Assembly (NCBI GenBank): GCA_963932905.1
Contig: CAWVRN010000019.1
Coordinates: 20,219 to 84,218, forward strand
Length of the DNA: 64,000 bases
Direction: 5' to 3'
Source of the DNA: an uncultured Bdellovibrio sp.
GTDB taxonomy: Bacteria; Bdellovibrionota; Bdellovibrionia; Bdellovibrionales; Bdellovibrionaceae
This document shows, in pieces, positions 1 through 10,836 of the stretch (position 1 is the first letter of the stretch; each line of letters starts with the position of its first letter). A program made the position numbers and the translations under genes. A model generated the notes under the pieces. That model had not been told where the DNA came from, did no database searches, and saw only the letters and a program-made list of their open reading frames with translations.

Positions 1-1
1 A

Positions 2-502
2 GCATCGGGTGGATCTAAGACGAACATTATTTATGTCGTACTTATAGTTATTAATATGTTTTTCTTAGCCGGCGTAGGATGGATGATCTACCAAGGAAAG
101 AAAAAGGACAATGCCGAGCCAAAGATCGAGCACGTTATTAAAGGCGAGCACGATACTCAAGAGGCTGAGCACAAGGAAGAGAAGCAATTCATTGGGAAAG
201 TAGTTCCACTGGAAACCTTTATCGTGAACCTAGCGGGCTCTAAAGGCCGCAAAGTTGCGAAAGTGATGATGGAATTAGAACTGAAGGACAATGAAGGTAA
301 AAACGTAGCAGACGAAATCGACAAGCGTAAAGCGCAAGTCCGCGACATAATTATCATTATCTTATCTTCGAAAAAGTATGAGGAAGTTTCTAATAAAGAA
401 GGAATTGAAAACTTGAAAGGTGAGATCAAAGACACCATCAATTCATTCCTGACGAATGGAAAAATCTCGAACGTGTTCTTCACTGAGTTTATTTACAACT
501 AA
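2..502 (+). CDS. fliL: Flagellar basal body-associated protein FliL (5' end lies before the window; frame open from base 2)
   Basis: N-terminal TM segment, PLETFIVNL and QVRDIII motifs, C-terminal NVFFTEFIYN; directly upstream of fliM. Confidence 0.93.
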   Translation, partial: ASGGSKTNIIYVVLIVINMFFLAGVGWMIYQGKKKDNAEPKIEHVIKGEHDTQEAEHKEEKQFIGKVVPLETFIVNLAGSKGRKVAKVMMELELKDNEGKNVADEIDKRKAQVRDIIIIILSSKKYEEVSNKEGIENLKGEIKDTINSFLTNGKISNVFFTEFIYN

Positions 503-512
503 GGACTGTTGA

Positions 513-1514
513 ATGAATCAAGTACTATCGCAAAACGAAGTTGATGCACTCTTAGCCGCGGTCTCCGATGGCGATGTGGGCTCACCGGAGGTCGCTAAAG
601 AGAGCATCGGATCGGTTAAATCGTCGGACGATAAAAAGATCGTATCATATGATTTAACAAGCCAGGATAGAATTATCCGTGGCCGATTGCCTCAGCTTGA
701 AGTTATCTATGAAAAATTTATGAGAGCGTTCCGTGTATCTTTGTCGTCGTCTCTTAGAAAAATTGCGTCGATTTCTTTAACAAGTACTGAGTTCTTAAAA
801 TTCGGTGAGTTTATCAATACATTACCAATGCCAACCTGTATGTCAGTTCTACGTTTTAACAATCTGCGTGGTTCGGCATTGATGGTTATCGAAAGTAAAC
901 TCGCCTACGCATTAGTCGATTCTTTCTTCGGTGGTGCCGATCGCCCGTACACTAAAATTGACGGTAAAGATTTTACACCAATTGAATTAAGCATCGTTCG
1001 TAAAGTTGTTGAACTTGCAATTCACGATCTAGAAAATGCTTGGGCTAGCGTTGAAAAAATCGGTTGTAGTTTTGTTCGTACCGAGGTTAATCCTCAGTTC
1101 GTTGGTATCGTTCCGCCGACAGACGTGGTTATCGCATCGACTTTTGACGTCGAGCTAGAAAACGCAACTGGTACGATTTCTATGGTTATTCCGTACGCGA
1201 CAATCGAGCCGATCAAACAAAAATTATCTACAGGTTTCCAAGTTGAGTCTGATCAAACAGATAAAAAACTTTGGACAGCAATCATCAAAGAACAGTTGAT
1301 GGATACAGAGCTAGAGATTCGTGTGAATCTAGGCGAAACATCTATTTTGCTGGAAGATCTAATGAGTTTAAAAGTTGGGGATGTTATCCCTTTAACTCAG
1401 GATGCTACTGGCGAATTAGATATCAATGTTGAGAATGTTAAGAAATTTAGAGGCTATTACGGCAATCATCACGGAACTACGGCAGTGCAAGTCACTAGAC
1501 CAGTTATAAAGTAA
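513..1514 (+). CDS. fliM: Flagellar motor switch protein FliM
   Basis: N-terminal LSQNEVDALL CheY-binding motif, CheC-like middle, SpoA C-terminus (LKVGDVIPL). Confidence 0.97.
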   Translation: MNQVLSQNEVDALLAAVSDGDVGSPEVAKESIGSVKSSDDKKIVSYDLTSQDRIIRGRLPQLEVIYEKFMRAFRVSLSSSLRKIASISLTSTEFLKFGEFINTLPMPTCMSVLRFNNLRGSALMVIESKLAYALVDSFFGGADRPYTKIDGKDFTPIELSIVRKVVELAIHDLENAWASVEKIGCSFVRTEVNPQFVGIVPPTDVVIASTFDVELENATGTISMVIPYATIEPIKQKLSTGFQVESDQTDKKLWTAIIKEQLMDTELEIRVNLGETSILLEDLMSLKVGDVIPLTQDATGELDINVENVKKFRGYYGNHHGTTAVQVTRPVIK

Positions 1515-1527
1515 AAGGAGTTAGAAA

Positions 1528-1911
1528 ATGTCTGACGATCAATTGGATAATTTAGCCGAACAACTGGTACAAGAAGCCGAAGCAATGACTTTGTCTACTG
1601 ATAAGCCAGCGGCTCCAAAAGCAGCAGGAAAAGCAGAACCAAAAGGCAACGACAGAAATCTACAACTGATTTTAGATATTCCGCTAAAGTTGTCAGTTGA
1701 ATTGGGTCGTACAAAAATGCCAGTCAGTGAATTACTTAACCTAACTCAAGGTAGTGTTATCGAGCTAAATAAACTAGCCGGTGAACCAATGGAAGTTATG
1801 GTTAACGACAAACTAATCGCGCGCGGTGAAGCCGTCGTGGTAAATGAAAAGTTCGGTGTGCGTTTAACAGATGTTATCTCGCCAGCTGAACGTGTTGAAC
1901 AATTGAAATAG
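1528..1911 (+). CDS. fliN: Flagellar motor switch protein FliN
   Basis: ILDIPLKLSVELGRT...GEAVVVNEKFGVR SpoA domain; SD AAGGAG. Confidence 0.97.
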   Translation: MSDDQLDNLAEQLVQEAEAMTLSTDKPAAPKAAGKAEPKGNDRNLQLILDIPLKLSVELGRTKMPVSELLNLTQGSVIELNKLAGEPMEVMVNDKLIARGEAVVVNEKFGVRLTDVISPAERVEQLK

Positions 1912-1940
1912 AACTTAATTAATTAAATAGGGAACGACCA

Positions 1941-2711
1941 ATGAAATGGATTTTAGCGGTTTTCTTTCTAGCATTTAACGTAATGGCCGAATCAGGATTA
2001 GCGGAGCTGCCTGTGGACGTGCAAAACGAAATTAAGACTACCGAAGCCTCGACAAAGAAAGACCTGAAGAAAGCAGTTACACAAACGGAATCGGTTACGG
2101 TTGCGGAATCGGTTTCGGCAACGGAAACGGTTGCGGATGCGGCGACAGAAACAGCTCCGGTGTTGAACAAAGCTACAGCTAAAGAAAGCGAAATCCCACT
2201 GTCTTTAGAAACGACCAAAAAAGTTTCTTCAAGTGAAAATACATATTTCCGCATTATCATGATTATCGCGTTGCTTGGAACTTTAGCATCGGGAATGTGG
2301 TTCTTTGTCCGCAAGAACAAAATGCAAAATATTAAAAGAAATAAAAACGAAATCAAGATCTTGGCTCAGCATTATTTGGGTCCAAAGAAAAGCCTGGCGG
2401 TTGTGCGCGTAGCAGGTGAATCCATCTTGGTAGGTATAACAGATGCACATATCAACATGATCAAAACACTATCTTTAATGGATGATGAATTGCCAGAAGT
2501 AACAAGTCAGAATTTCAAATCTGAACTCAGTGACCGGTTAGAAGACGAAGATATGATAGTTCAGCAGCCAACATCAAATACGTATAATAGAAAATCACAA
2601 ATCAACACGAAAACGGCAACGGCCTCAACAGACGACGAGATGGATGAGTTTTCTATTAAAGGCATCAAAGACCTAGTTTCTTCAAAATTGAAAAACATGA
2701 GGTCTATCTAA
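1941..2711 (+). CDS. fliO: Flagellar biosynthesis protein FliO/FliZ with N-terminal extension
   Basis: TM segment then IKILAQHYLGPKKSLAVVRVAGESILVGIT FliO motif; between fliN and fliP. Confidence 0.88.
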   Translation: MKWILAVFFLAFNVMAESGLAELPVDVQNEIKTTEASTKKDLKKAVTQTESVTVAESVSATETVADAATETAPVLNKATAKESEIPLSLETTKKVSSSENTYFRIIMIIALLGTLASGMWFFVRKNKMQNIKRNKNEIKILAQHYLGPKKSLAVVRVAGESILVGITDAHINMIKTLSLMDDELPEVTSQNFKSELSDRLEDEDMIVQQPTSNTYNRKSQINTKTATASTDDEMDEFSIKGIKDLVSSKLKNMRSI

Positions 2712-3481
2712 TGTTTAAATCAGGGAAGTCATTTTTCAATGAGAGTATATTTTGGAAGATCTTACTGGTCTTCTTGGTGACTTCGCCATGGACATTTGCG
2801 CAAGTAACTCTGCCGTCGGTGAACTTAGGTTTTAAAACGACAGATAACCCAAATGAAATAGTAAGCGCGATAAAAATTATCATGGTTATGACGGTGTTAA
2901 CTTTAGCACCAGCGATCTTGATTATGATGACTAGTTTTACGCGTATAATAATCGTATTTTCATTCTTACGTCAGGCTCTGGGCGTAAATCAAATGCCTCC
3001 AAATCAGCTTTTAGTAGGTCTTTCACTGTTCCTGACGTTTTTCATTATGGGACCTACTTTTGACGAATTAAATACCAAAGGTGTTCAGCCATTTTTAGCT
3101 AATAAAATTTCACAAGATCAAGCAATCACTGAAACTTTGGCGCCACTTCGTCGGTTTATGTTCACTCAAACACGCGACCAAGACCTTGGTCTATTTGTAA
3201 AATTAGCAAAAATTGAGAAGCCTAAAACGCGTGCGGACGTTCCTACGCTAGTTTTGATACCCGCGTTTGTACTGTCTGAACTTAAGACAGCTTTCCAAAT
3301 TGGTTTTATTATTTTTCTTCCATTTTTAGTAATCGATATCGTGGCATCAAGTGTCTTAATGGCAATGGGGATGATGATGCTACCACCTGTCGTAATTTCG
3401 ATGCCTTTAAAAATTATGCTTTTCGTTTTGGTTGACGGTTGGAGCTTGTTAGTCGGCTCGATGGTTAAAAGCTTCGGATAA
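2711..3481 (+). CDS. fliP: Flagellar export gate protein FliP
   Basis: MTSFTRIIIVFSFLRQALG, PPNQ, SELKTAFQIGF, LFVLVDGW motifs. Confidence 0.98.
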   Translation: MFKSGKSFFNESIFWKILLVFLVTSPWTFAQVTLPSVNLGFKTTDNPNEIVSAIKIIMVMTVLTLAPAILIMMTSFTRIIIVFSFLRQALGVNQMPPNQLLVGLSLFLTFFIMGPTFDELNTKGVQPFLANKISQDQAITETLAPLRRFMFTQTRDQDLGLFVKLAKIEKPKTRADVPTLVLIPAFVLSELKTAFQIGFIIFLPFLVIDIVASSVLMAMGMMMLPPVVISMPLKIMLFVLVDGWSLLVGSMVKSFG

Positions 3482-3490
3482 GGAATTAAA

Positions 3491-3763
3491 ATGACAGAAG
3501 AGTTAATTTTAAAATTAGGACAAGATGCCTTACGAACGACAGCGATGTTGGCCGCGCCGCTATTAGTGAGCACGTTAGTGATCGGTTTGCTAGTGAGTAT
3601 CTTTCAAGCTCTAACACAAATCAATGAAGCTACATTGACGTTCGTTCCCAAGATGATTTTGGTGGCGTTAATCTTGGTTTTTGCTGGGCCTTGGATGTTA
3701 GACATTTTATCTGCTTACACGATCGACTTATTTGAAAATATAGCCGTAATGGTGAGAGAATAA
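3491..3763 (+). CDS. fliQ: Flagellar export gate protein FliQ
   Basis: QALTQINEATLTFVPK motif, 90 aa. Confidence 0.98.
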   Translation: MTEELILKLGQDALRTTAMLAAPLLVSTLVIGLLVSIFQALTQINEATLTFVPKMILVALILVFAGPWMLDILSAYTIDLFENIAVMVRE

Positions 3764-4533
3764 TGTTTCAAAACTTGTTTTTGGATGAACGCTTAGTGAT
3801 CGTATTTGTACTGATTCTAATCAGAGTCAGTTCCTATTTATTGTCATCAAGTATCTTCAATTCGTATCAAGTTTCTGCTCCGTTAAAAATATTGATTTCA
3901 TTGATTATTTCGCTCGTAGCTTTTGAAGCCTACAAAACCACAAAGGTTCCGGTCGATAGTTTAATTATAGTGTTGGCCGCAAAAGAAGTTATTCTCGGTG
4001 TCGCTTTAGGAATGGTGACTCGTTTTTTCTTCTACGCTTTGAATATGGCCTCGGAGTTAACGTCGCAAGCGCTGGGTTTAGGGTCAGCTTCGATTTATAA
4101 TCCATTAAGTGGTATCAATTCTAGTTTGATTGAGCAATTTCAAGGTACATTGGCCATTCTGATTTTCTTTGCATTGGAAGGTCATCATTTAATCGTTTCA
4201 GCTGTATTTCAAAGTTTCGAATTAGTTTCTATTTCACAAATGTCTATTAAGTTTGGCGGGCTAGGTGAATTTGTAAAGTGGTGTCAGATCCTATTTGAAA
4301 TTGCTTTGAAAGTGGCTGCACCTGTTGTCAGCTCGTTGTTTTTAGTCAATTTAGGTATGGGTATTTTGGGTCGCGCGGTTCCGCAGATCAACGTATTTGT
4401 TACCAGCTTTCAAGTAACGATCATGGTCGGTTTCTTGATTCTATTTATTTCGATGCCTCTTTATATAAATGAAGTAATGCGTATTTTAGATTTAACACAA
4501 ACTCAAATGCTTAAAGTGATGGGGTCCTTTTAA
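3763..4533 (+). CDS. fliR: Flagellar export gate protein FliR
   Basis: Hydrophobic; GHH and GRAVPQINVF motifs. Confidence 0.95.
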   Translation: MFQNLFLDERLVIVFVLILIRVSSYLLSSSIFNSYQVSAPLKILISLIISLVAFEAYKTTKVPVDSLIIVLAAKEVILGVALGMVTRFFFYALNMASELTSQALGLGSASIYNPLSGINSSLIEQFQGTLAILIFFALEGHHLIVSAVFQSFELVSISQMSIKFGGLGEFVKWCQILFEIALKVAAPVVSSLFLVNLGMGILGRAVPQINVFVTSFQVTIMVGFLILFISMPLYINEVMRILDLTQTQMLKVMGSF

Positions 4534-5600
4534 TGGCTGATGACAGCGACAACGAAAAGACCGAAGAAGCGTCGGATTCGAGGCGGGAAGAGTTCCGTAA
4601 ACAAGGGAACGTTCCGCACACTCGGGAATTATCGACGGCATTGATGTTACTGGGCGTAGCGGGCCTAGTAAGTCTATTTGGTAGTTTCTATCAGCAACAA
4701 TTTCGTGAATTGTTTCAGTATACCTTTGGTGACCAGCTAGTTTATTTTATTCGTGAAGGAAGTTTTGCAGAAGCCACTAGCTTGGTGGGAACAAAATTAT
4801 TTATTATTGTTTTCCCGATAGTTTTAGTTGGAGCTCTACTAGGATCACTATCTAGTGTTCTTCAAATTGGCTTTATGTCAGTAGAAGACGCTTTATCGCC
4901 TAACCCAGAGCGTTTAAATCCAATCGAAGGATTTAAACGTATTTTCAGTCTTCGTGGTTTGGTTGAGGGTTTGAAATCATTGATCAAGGTGGCACTGATT
5001 GGCGTCGTAGTTTATGTCACGCTAGAAAAAGAAGCCCACACTTGGCCCTACTTACAAACGTATTCAAAAGAACAATTGTTAGTTTATATCGGTTCAATGA
5101 TTACTAAACTTTTCTTTGGTATTGGCATGGTCATGTTAGTTCTGGCCGCCGGCGATTATTTTTTCCAATGGTGGGATTTGGAAAAGAAAATGATGATGAC
5201 TAAAGAAGAAATTAAAGAAGAAGTTAAGCAACGCGAAGGGGATCCTATGATCAAGGCCCGCATTCGCAAAATCCAAAGAGAAGTGGCGACTCGTCGTATG
5301 ATGGACAAGGTTCCAAAAGGCGACGTAGTTATTACAAATCCGACTCATATCGCAGTTGTTCTTAAGTATGATGATAATTTACCAGCACCACAATTGATCG
5401 CTAAGGGTGGAGATCTGATTGCAGAGAAAATCAAAGAGCTGGCGCGTGAACACAATATTCCAATTATTGAAAACAAACCGCTAGCACGAACTATTTTCAA
5501 AACTATGAAGCTAGGACAAGTTATTCCTAGGGAATTGTATGTGGCTGTTGCGGAAGTGTTGTCTTACGTATTCAAGTTGAAGAGAAAGGCTAAATTATGA
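4533..5600 (+). CDS. flhB: Flagellar export switch protein FlhB
   Basis: EKTEE N-terminus, EGDP, NPTH autocleavage motif. Confidence 0.98.
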   Translation: MADDSDNEKTEEASDSRREEFRKQGNVPHTRELSTALMLLGVAGLVSLFGSFYQQQFRELFQYTFGDQLVYFIREGSFAEATSLVGTKLFIIVFPIVLVGALLGSLSSVLQIGFMSVEDALSPNPERLNPIEGFKRIFSLRGLVEGLKSLIKVALIGVVVYVTLEKEAHTWPYLQTYSKEQLLVYIGSMITKLFFGIGMVMLVLAAGDYFFQWWDLEKKMMMTKEEIKEEVKQREGDPMIKARIRKIQREVATRRMMDKVPKGDVVITNPTHIAVVLKYDDNLPAPQLIAKGGDLIAEKIKELAREHNIPIIENKPLARTIFKTMKLGQVIPRELYVAVAEVLSYVFKLKRKAKL

Positions 5601-7708
5601 ATGATTTCTTAGAGCCTGTATTTCAGTTTCTAAAAAGATTCGAAAAGTTAACAAAAAATACCGACCTTTTGATTGCCTTCGGTGTATTGGGAATCTTAAC
5701 GGTGATGATCATTCCGTTGCCACCGATTATGTTAGATATTTCGTTAACATTTTCGTTAGCGATCAGTATCCTTATTCTTTTAGTTTCGATCTATTCTAAA
5801 AATGTTTTAGATTTTTCATCGTTCCCGAGTTTACTTCTATTGACGACGTTATTCCGTCTATCATTGAACGTAGCGACGACACGTTTGATTTTAAGTCATG
5901 GTCACGAAGGTCCAAAAGCAGCCGGTGATGTGATCAACGCGTTTGGTAACTTCGTTGTTGGTAACAACTACGTAATCGGTTTTATCGTATTCATGATCTT
6001 GATCGTTATCAATTTCATCGTAATCACTAAAGGTTCGGGTCGCGTGGCCGAAGTCGCAGCTCGTTTCACGTTAGATGCAATGCCAGGTAAGCAAATGTCG
6101 ATCGACGCCGATCTTAACGCCGGTTTGATCAATGAAACCGAAGCTCGCAAACGTCGTAAAGAAATTGAAAGAGAAGCCGACTTCTACGGTTCTATGGATG
6201 GTGCCAGCAAGTTCGTTCGTGGTGATGCTATTGCGGGTATCGTTATCATGGTTATCAACGTAGTGGGTGGTTTATTAATTGGTGTGATCCAAAAGAATTT
6301 GGATTTTGCAACAGCTGCTAAGTACTACACTATGTTAACTATCGGTGATGGTCTGCTAGCTCAGATCCCGGCACTTATCATCTCTACAGCGGCCGGTATG
6401 ATCGTGACTCGTTCAGCGGGTAACGACGATAACATGGGGCAAGAAGTAGCTTCGCAATTATTTATCAGCACGCGCGCTGTCTATATTTCAGCAGCTGTGT
6501 TGTTACTTTTAGGTATTGTACCGGGACTTCCGACCATTCCATTCTTTGCGATTGGTTTATTCCTAGCCACAATGGCTTGGGTCATCGACAAATACAAAGC
6601 AGAAACAGCGCTCGAAGAAAAAAAGAAAAGCGAAGCAGCGATTGCCGCTCCAAAAAAAGAAAACGTGGAGTCTTTGCTACCTTTAGATTTAGTAGAGCTA
6701 GAAGTTGGTTATGGTTTAATCCAGGTTGTGGAATCTAATAAGAGTGGCGATTTACTTGAACGTATCGTTTCTATCAGAAAACAATTTGCTCTGGATTTAG
6801 GTATCATTGTTCCTAGCGTTCATATTCGCGATAATTTGCAGTTGGGACCAGGTGATTACCAATTGATGATTAAAGGTAATCGTGTGGGTGGCGGTACATT
6901 GAAATCGGATTATCTGTTGGCAATGGATCCAGGAAATGTGTCTGATCCAATTGAAGGTATTCCTACAAAAGAACCGGCGTTTGGACTGGATGCATTGTGG
7001 ATTCATCCATCACGCAAAGAACAAGCGGAAATGTCTGGATACACAGTGGTGGATTTACCTACGGTTATGGCCACTCACTTAACAGAAATCTTGCGTACCC
7101 ATGCCCATGAATTACTTGGTCGCCAAGAGGCTAGCCAGTTGATCGAAAATTTCAAGAAGATCAATCCAAAAGTGGTGGAAGAGCTTATTCCAGATATGTT
7201 GCCACTGGGTTCAGTTGTTCGTGTTATGCAAAACTTGCTTAAAGAACAGGTTTCTATACGTGACATGTTAACAATATTTGAAACGTTAGCTGATGAGGCG
7301 CCTAAACAAAAAGATGTAGAGGTATTAACTGAAGGTGTTCGCAAAGGTCTATCACGCGCGATCACTCGCAAATATACCAATGATTCTGGCCGTATTCCAG
7401 TGATGACGTTGCACCCAAATATTGAAGAAAATATTGCGAATTCATTACTGCAAACCGAACAAGGTGTTCAGTTAGTGATGGATCCACAAACGGCTCATCA
7501 CCTAATTAATCAAATCGCAATTACCGTGGAACAAAACCCAGAGATCGCAGGGCAGCCAATCTTGCTTGCGTCGCCAATGGCGCGACGTCATCTGTTCAAG
7601 CTGACTCATCGGTTTATTCCTCAACTTATCGTTCTGTCACACAACGAGCTTAGTTCAGATGCTCATATTCAATCCGTAGCCACTGTGGAGATAACTCATG
7701 CAAGTTAG
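5597..7708 (+). CDS. flhA: Flagellar export protein FlhA
   Basis: RVAEVAARFTLDAMPGKQMSIDADLNAG FHIPEP signature. Confidence 0.98.
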   Translation: MNDFLEPVFQFLKRFEKLTKNTDLLIAFGVLGILTVMIIPLPPIMLDISLTFSLAISILILLVSIYSKNVLDFSSFPSLLLLTTLFRLSLNVATTRLILSHGHEGPKAAGDVINAFGNFVVGNNYVIGFIVFMILIVINFIVITKGSGRVAEVAARFTLDAMPGKQMSIDADLNAGLINETEARKRRKEIEREADFYGSMDGASKFVRGDAIAGIVIMVINVVGGLLIGVIQKNLDFATAAKYYTMLTIGDGLLAQIPALIISTAAGMIVTRSAGNDDNMGQEVASQLFISTRAVYISAAVLLLLGIVPGLPTIPFFAIGLFLATMAWVIDKYKAETALEEKKKSEAAIAAPKKENVESLLPLDLVELEVGYGLIQVVESNKSGDLLERIVSIRKQFALDLGIIVPSVHIRDNLQLGPGDYQLMIKGNRVGGGTLKSDYLLAMDPGNVSDPIEGIPTKEPAFGLDALWIHPSRKEQAEMSGYTVVDLPTVMATHLTEILRTHAHELLGRQEASQLIENFKKINPKVVEELIPDMLPLGSVVRVMQNLLKEQVSIRDMLTIFETLADEAPKQKDVEVLTEGVRKGLSRAITRKYTNDSGRIPVMTLHPNIEENIANSLLQTEQGVQLVMDPQTAHHLINQIAITVEQNPEIAGQPILLASPMARRHLFKLTHRFIPQLIVLSHNELSSDAHIQSVATVEITHAS

Positions 7709-9143
7709 AAAATTTGAAGCACGCACGATGAAAGACGCTTTGGAGATGGTCAAGAAGCAACTTGGACCAGACGCGATCATTTTAGCGGCCAAAGATAACA
7801 GCAACAAATACGGGTTGGTTGGCGAAAGCAGTTTTGAAATTACGGCCGCCGTTAGCGAAGAAACGCTTCATAAAAAGAAGTTTGTTGAATCACGTATGGC
7901 TGAAAACGATAAGCAACAATTTCAAAATAGTTCAGCACGCACACAAAAAGAAATTATTTCTAAATTTGTAACTCGTCATACAACGCCAGTAACTAAACCA
8001 GTTACGACACAAAAATACATCGACATCAATGACGAGAAAAATGCGGCCGAAGAGCGCATTAAAAATGCAGTTCAGCGTGCCTTCGACGCGGGTACTTTGT
8101 TGAATGATCGCGCGAACACGACGCCAAAGCAGCAGCAATCGGCTAAACAAGCTCAAGTCAGAATGCAGGCAGAAGTTAAGCACCAAGTAGAAACCCAAAT
8201 GCAGGCTCAGTCCGATAGTGAATTAAATTCGCTGCGCTCTGAAATCGCATCACTTAAAGCCATGATCAAAAGTATTCATGCTGCGCCAACGGAATCGCGC
8301 CCACAATCGCATTATCCGGGTGAAAACTACGGAATTCATTTCGAACTTTCGTCACAGTTTCAAGGTCTGGTTAAAGAAGGAATTTTAGAAGAGCTTGCGG
8401 CTGAGATGATCTTAGAACTGCAAAATCAAGTTCCAGTGACGCGTTTAAAAAATAAACCTCTTGTAGAAGGCTTTCTTGCGAAAAGAATTTTGGAAGATAT
8501 CGTTATCTCTAGCGGCGAACAAAAGAAGTTTCACTTTTTTGTGGGCCCTAGTGGAGGCGGTAAAACGTCATCGATCATCAAAATGGCTTCTCAGTTAATT
8601 GTTCGTGAAAATAAGAAAGTAGCTCTTTTAACTTTGGACACTCAGAAGGTGGGTGCGGTTGAACAATTAAGAATTTATTCGCAAATCTTAAATGTGCCTT
8701 TTGCGGTTATCCGTGGTCGCCAAGATTGGAAAGAGATTTTGAAATTCATTAATTCCATCGATTACATTTTGATCGACACACCGGGAAGCAATTTAAAAAC
8801 GCAAGAAGAAGTGTCTTTTTTTGAAAGCATGATCTTGAAAGAGATCCCTTCGAAAAGCGTTCATTTAGTATTGTCTGCCCGAAATAAGTACGATGACCTT
8901 CAGGGCGTCCTAAATAATTTTGCGACTCTAAATGTAACGGACGTTATTTTCAATCATCTGGATGAAACAGTTCAGAATGGTAACGTATATAGTTTCAATA
9001 AGATAAATAAAATCCCGCTTTTTGCATTTGGTATCGGACAAAGAATCCCCGAAGATTTCGAATACGCTACAAAAGAACGATTAGTCGATTTGATTTTCCA
9101 TATCACTCAAAAGAATAACACTAATAATGAGGCTTCAATATGA
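7698..9143 (+). CDS. flhF: Flagellar SRP-family GTPase FlhF
   Basis: N-terminal KFEARTMKDALEMVKKQLGPDAIIL, GPSGGGKTS P-loop, DTPG, GQRIPED. Confidence 0.95.
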   Translation: MQVRKFEARTMKDALEMVKKQLGPDAIILAAKDNSNKYGLVGESSFEITAAVSEETLHKKKFVESRMAENDKQQFQNSSARTQKEIISKFVTRHTTPVTKPVTTQKYIDINDEKNAAEERIKNAVQRAFDAGTLLNDRANTTPKQQQSAKQAQVRMQAEVKHQVETQMQAQSDSELNSLRSEIASLKAMIKSIHAAPTESRPQSHYPGENYGIHFELSSQFQGLVKEGILEELAAEMILELQNQVPVTRLKNKPLVEGFLAKRILEDIVISSGEQKKFHFFVGPSGGGKTSSIIKMASQLIVRENKKVALLTLDTQKVGAVEQLRIYSQILNVPFAVIRGRQDWKEILKFINSIDYILIDTPGSNLKTQEEVSFFESMILKEIPSKSVHLVLSARNKYDDLQGVLNNFATLNVTDVIFNHLDETVQNGNVYSFNKINKIPLFAFGIGQRIPEDFEYATKERLVDLIFHITQKNNTNNEASI

Positions 9144-9958
9144 GTTTCCACTATCCTACTAAAACCATCAGCGTAACTTCCGGCAAAGGCGGCGTCGGCA
9201 AGACAACTTTAGCGTGCAATTTGGCCTATAAGCTATCTCGCTTTGATAAGAAAGTTCTTATTTTTGATGCGGATTTAGGCATGTCTAATGTAGATATCTT
9301 TTTCGGTACACGGGCAGAAACAACTATATATGATGTTCTTTCCGGAAAGAAAACTATTGAAGAAGCATTGGTCCGCTTAGATAGCAATTTGTATTTAATT
9401 TCTGGTGGGCATGGTATCGATCAAATGCAGAACTTGGATGCCTACGCTAGAAGAACGGTAGTTGATTCTTTAAAAGAATTGCCGATTTCATTTGATTACA
9501 TGGTGATAGATACATCGCCGGGTATTTCACAGAACGTTCTACATATGAATGCGGCAGCGAAAAACAACATCGTAATGATTACGGCAGATCCTTCTAGTTT
9601 CGCTGATTCCTATGCGTTAATTAAAGTTTTAAATCAAAAATACAAAGTGAATCGTTTCTCGATTGTTTCAAACTGCGTGAAGAACCAGGAAGATGGTTTC
9701 TACTTGTTTAAGCGATTTCAGGACGTCGTACAAAAGTTTCTATTCGTAAGTCTAGACTATCTAGGTGCCGTTCCGCAGGACTCGCAATTGAAGTCTGCGA
9801 ATATTAACAAGCGTATCATTCTGAAACAGGACCCTACGTCAGATGCAGCTATTGCGATTTCTCAAATTTCTTCTGAAATTTTAAAATCACAATATAAAAT
9901 AAACTCCAGCGGGGGGCTTGAAATGTTCTGGGATAATCTGGCACGAGCAACGTCCTAA
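9140..9958 (+). CDS. flhG: MinD-like ATPase FlhG/FleN
   Basis: SGKGGVGKT deviant Walker A, DADLGMSN; follows flhF. Confidence 0.93.
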   Translation: MSFHYPTKTISVTSGKGGVGKTTLACNLAYKLSRFDKKVLIFDADLGMSNVDIFFGTRAETTIYDVLSGKKTIEEALVRLDSNLYLISGGHGIDQMQNLDAYARRTVVDSLKELPISFDYMVIDTSPGISQNVLHMNAAAKNNIVMITADPSSFADSYALIKVLNQKYKVNRFSIVSNCVKNQEDGFYLFKRFQDVVQKFLFVSLDYLGAVPQDSQLKSANINKRIILKQDPTSDAAIAISQISSEILKSQYKINSSGGLEMFWDNLARATS

Positions 9959-10038
9959 TTGTGAAAGTTGGACTTTTCCGAACGCTGACATTTGTTACAC
10001 TGATTAAGACACACGACAATCCATGGAAAGGGTACTGA

Positions 10039-10821
10039 GTGAAGAATTTAGCTTTGCTGAAGAAGTATAAAGAAGATCCTAAGCGTTTAACTCAGCAACA
10101 AAAAGACAGTTTAATTAAGGAGTACGCTCCGTTAATTAAATTCATCGCACAAAAAATTGCGTCTCGATTACCATCAAATATTGAACTTGATGATTTAATT
10201 TCTTCGGGTGTTATTGGTTTGATGGATGCGATTGATAAATACGATCCATCTCGCGATAATAAATTTAAAACCTATGCTGAATTTCGCGTGCGTGGTGCGA
10301 TTCTTGATGAATTGCGATCGCAAGACTGGGTGCCGCGTTCGATCCGTGACAAATCTAAAGTTTTAGATCGCACAATCGCCCAATTAGAACAAGATTTAGG
10401 CCGGTCACCTACGGATGAAGAAATCGCAAAAACTTTGAACATCACTCAGGATGAATTTCATGATTTGGTAAATCAAGTTCGCCCAGTGAGTTTATTGTCA
10501 ATTGACGATTCTCAGACTTTTAGTAATACGGATAAGAAATCCATTTTGAATCTACTTGAAGGTTCAAAATTAGCGAATCCATATAATCAATTAAACTTAA
10601 AAAAGGTAAAAGACATCGTTGCCAAAGCGATAGAAGATCTACCTGAACGTCAGCGTTTAGTTTTGTCACTATATTATTATGAAGATCTAAATTTGAAAGA
10701 GATTGGCCAAGTTTTAAAAGTTACTGAGAGTCGTGTTTCCCAATTGCATGCTCAAGCTGTAACTCGTCTGCGAGCTAAGTTGGCCGCTACGATTGGATCT
10801 GGCGAAATTGAACTTGTATAG
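10039..10821 (+). CDS. fliA: RNA polymerase sigma-28 factor FliA/WhiG
   Basis: RVRGAILDELRSQDWVPRS and YYEDLNLKEIGQVLKVTESRVSQLH. Confidence 0.97.
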   Translation: MKNLALLKKYKEDPKRLTQQQKDSLIKEYAPLIKFIAQKIASRLPSNIELDDLISSGVIGLMDAIDKYDPSRDNKFKTYAEFRVRGAILDELRSQDWVPRSIRDKSKVLDRTIAQLEQDLGRSPTDEEIAKTLNITQDEFHDLVNQVRPVSLLSIDDSQTFSNTDKKSILNLLEGSKLANPYNQLNLKKVKDIVAKAIEDLPERQRLVLSLYYYEDLNLKEIGQVLKVTESRVSQLHAQAVTRLRAKLAATIGSGEIELV

Positions 10822-10836
10822 CAAGGTTTGGTATCT

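Noticed and set aside
9939..9954. TGGCACG upstream of fliA as a sigma54 promoter
   Set aside because: No GC at the -12 position with N10 spacing, and it lies within flhG coding sequence
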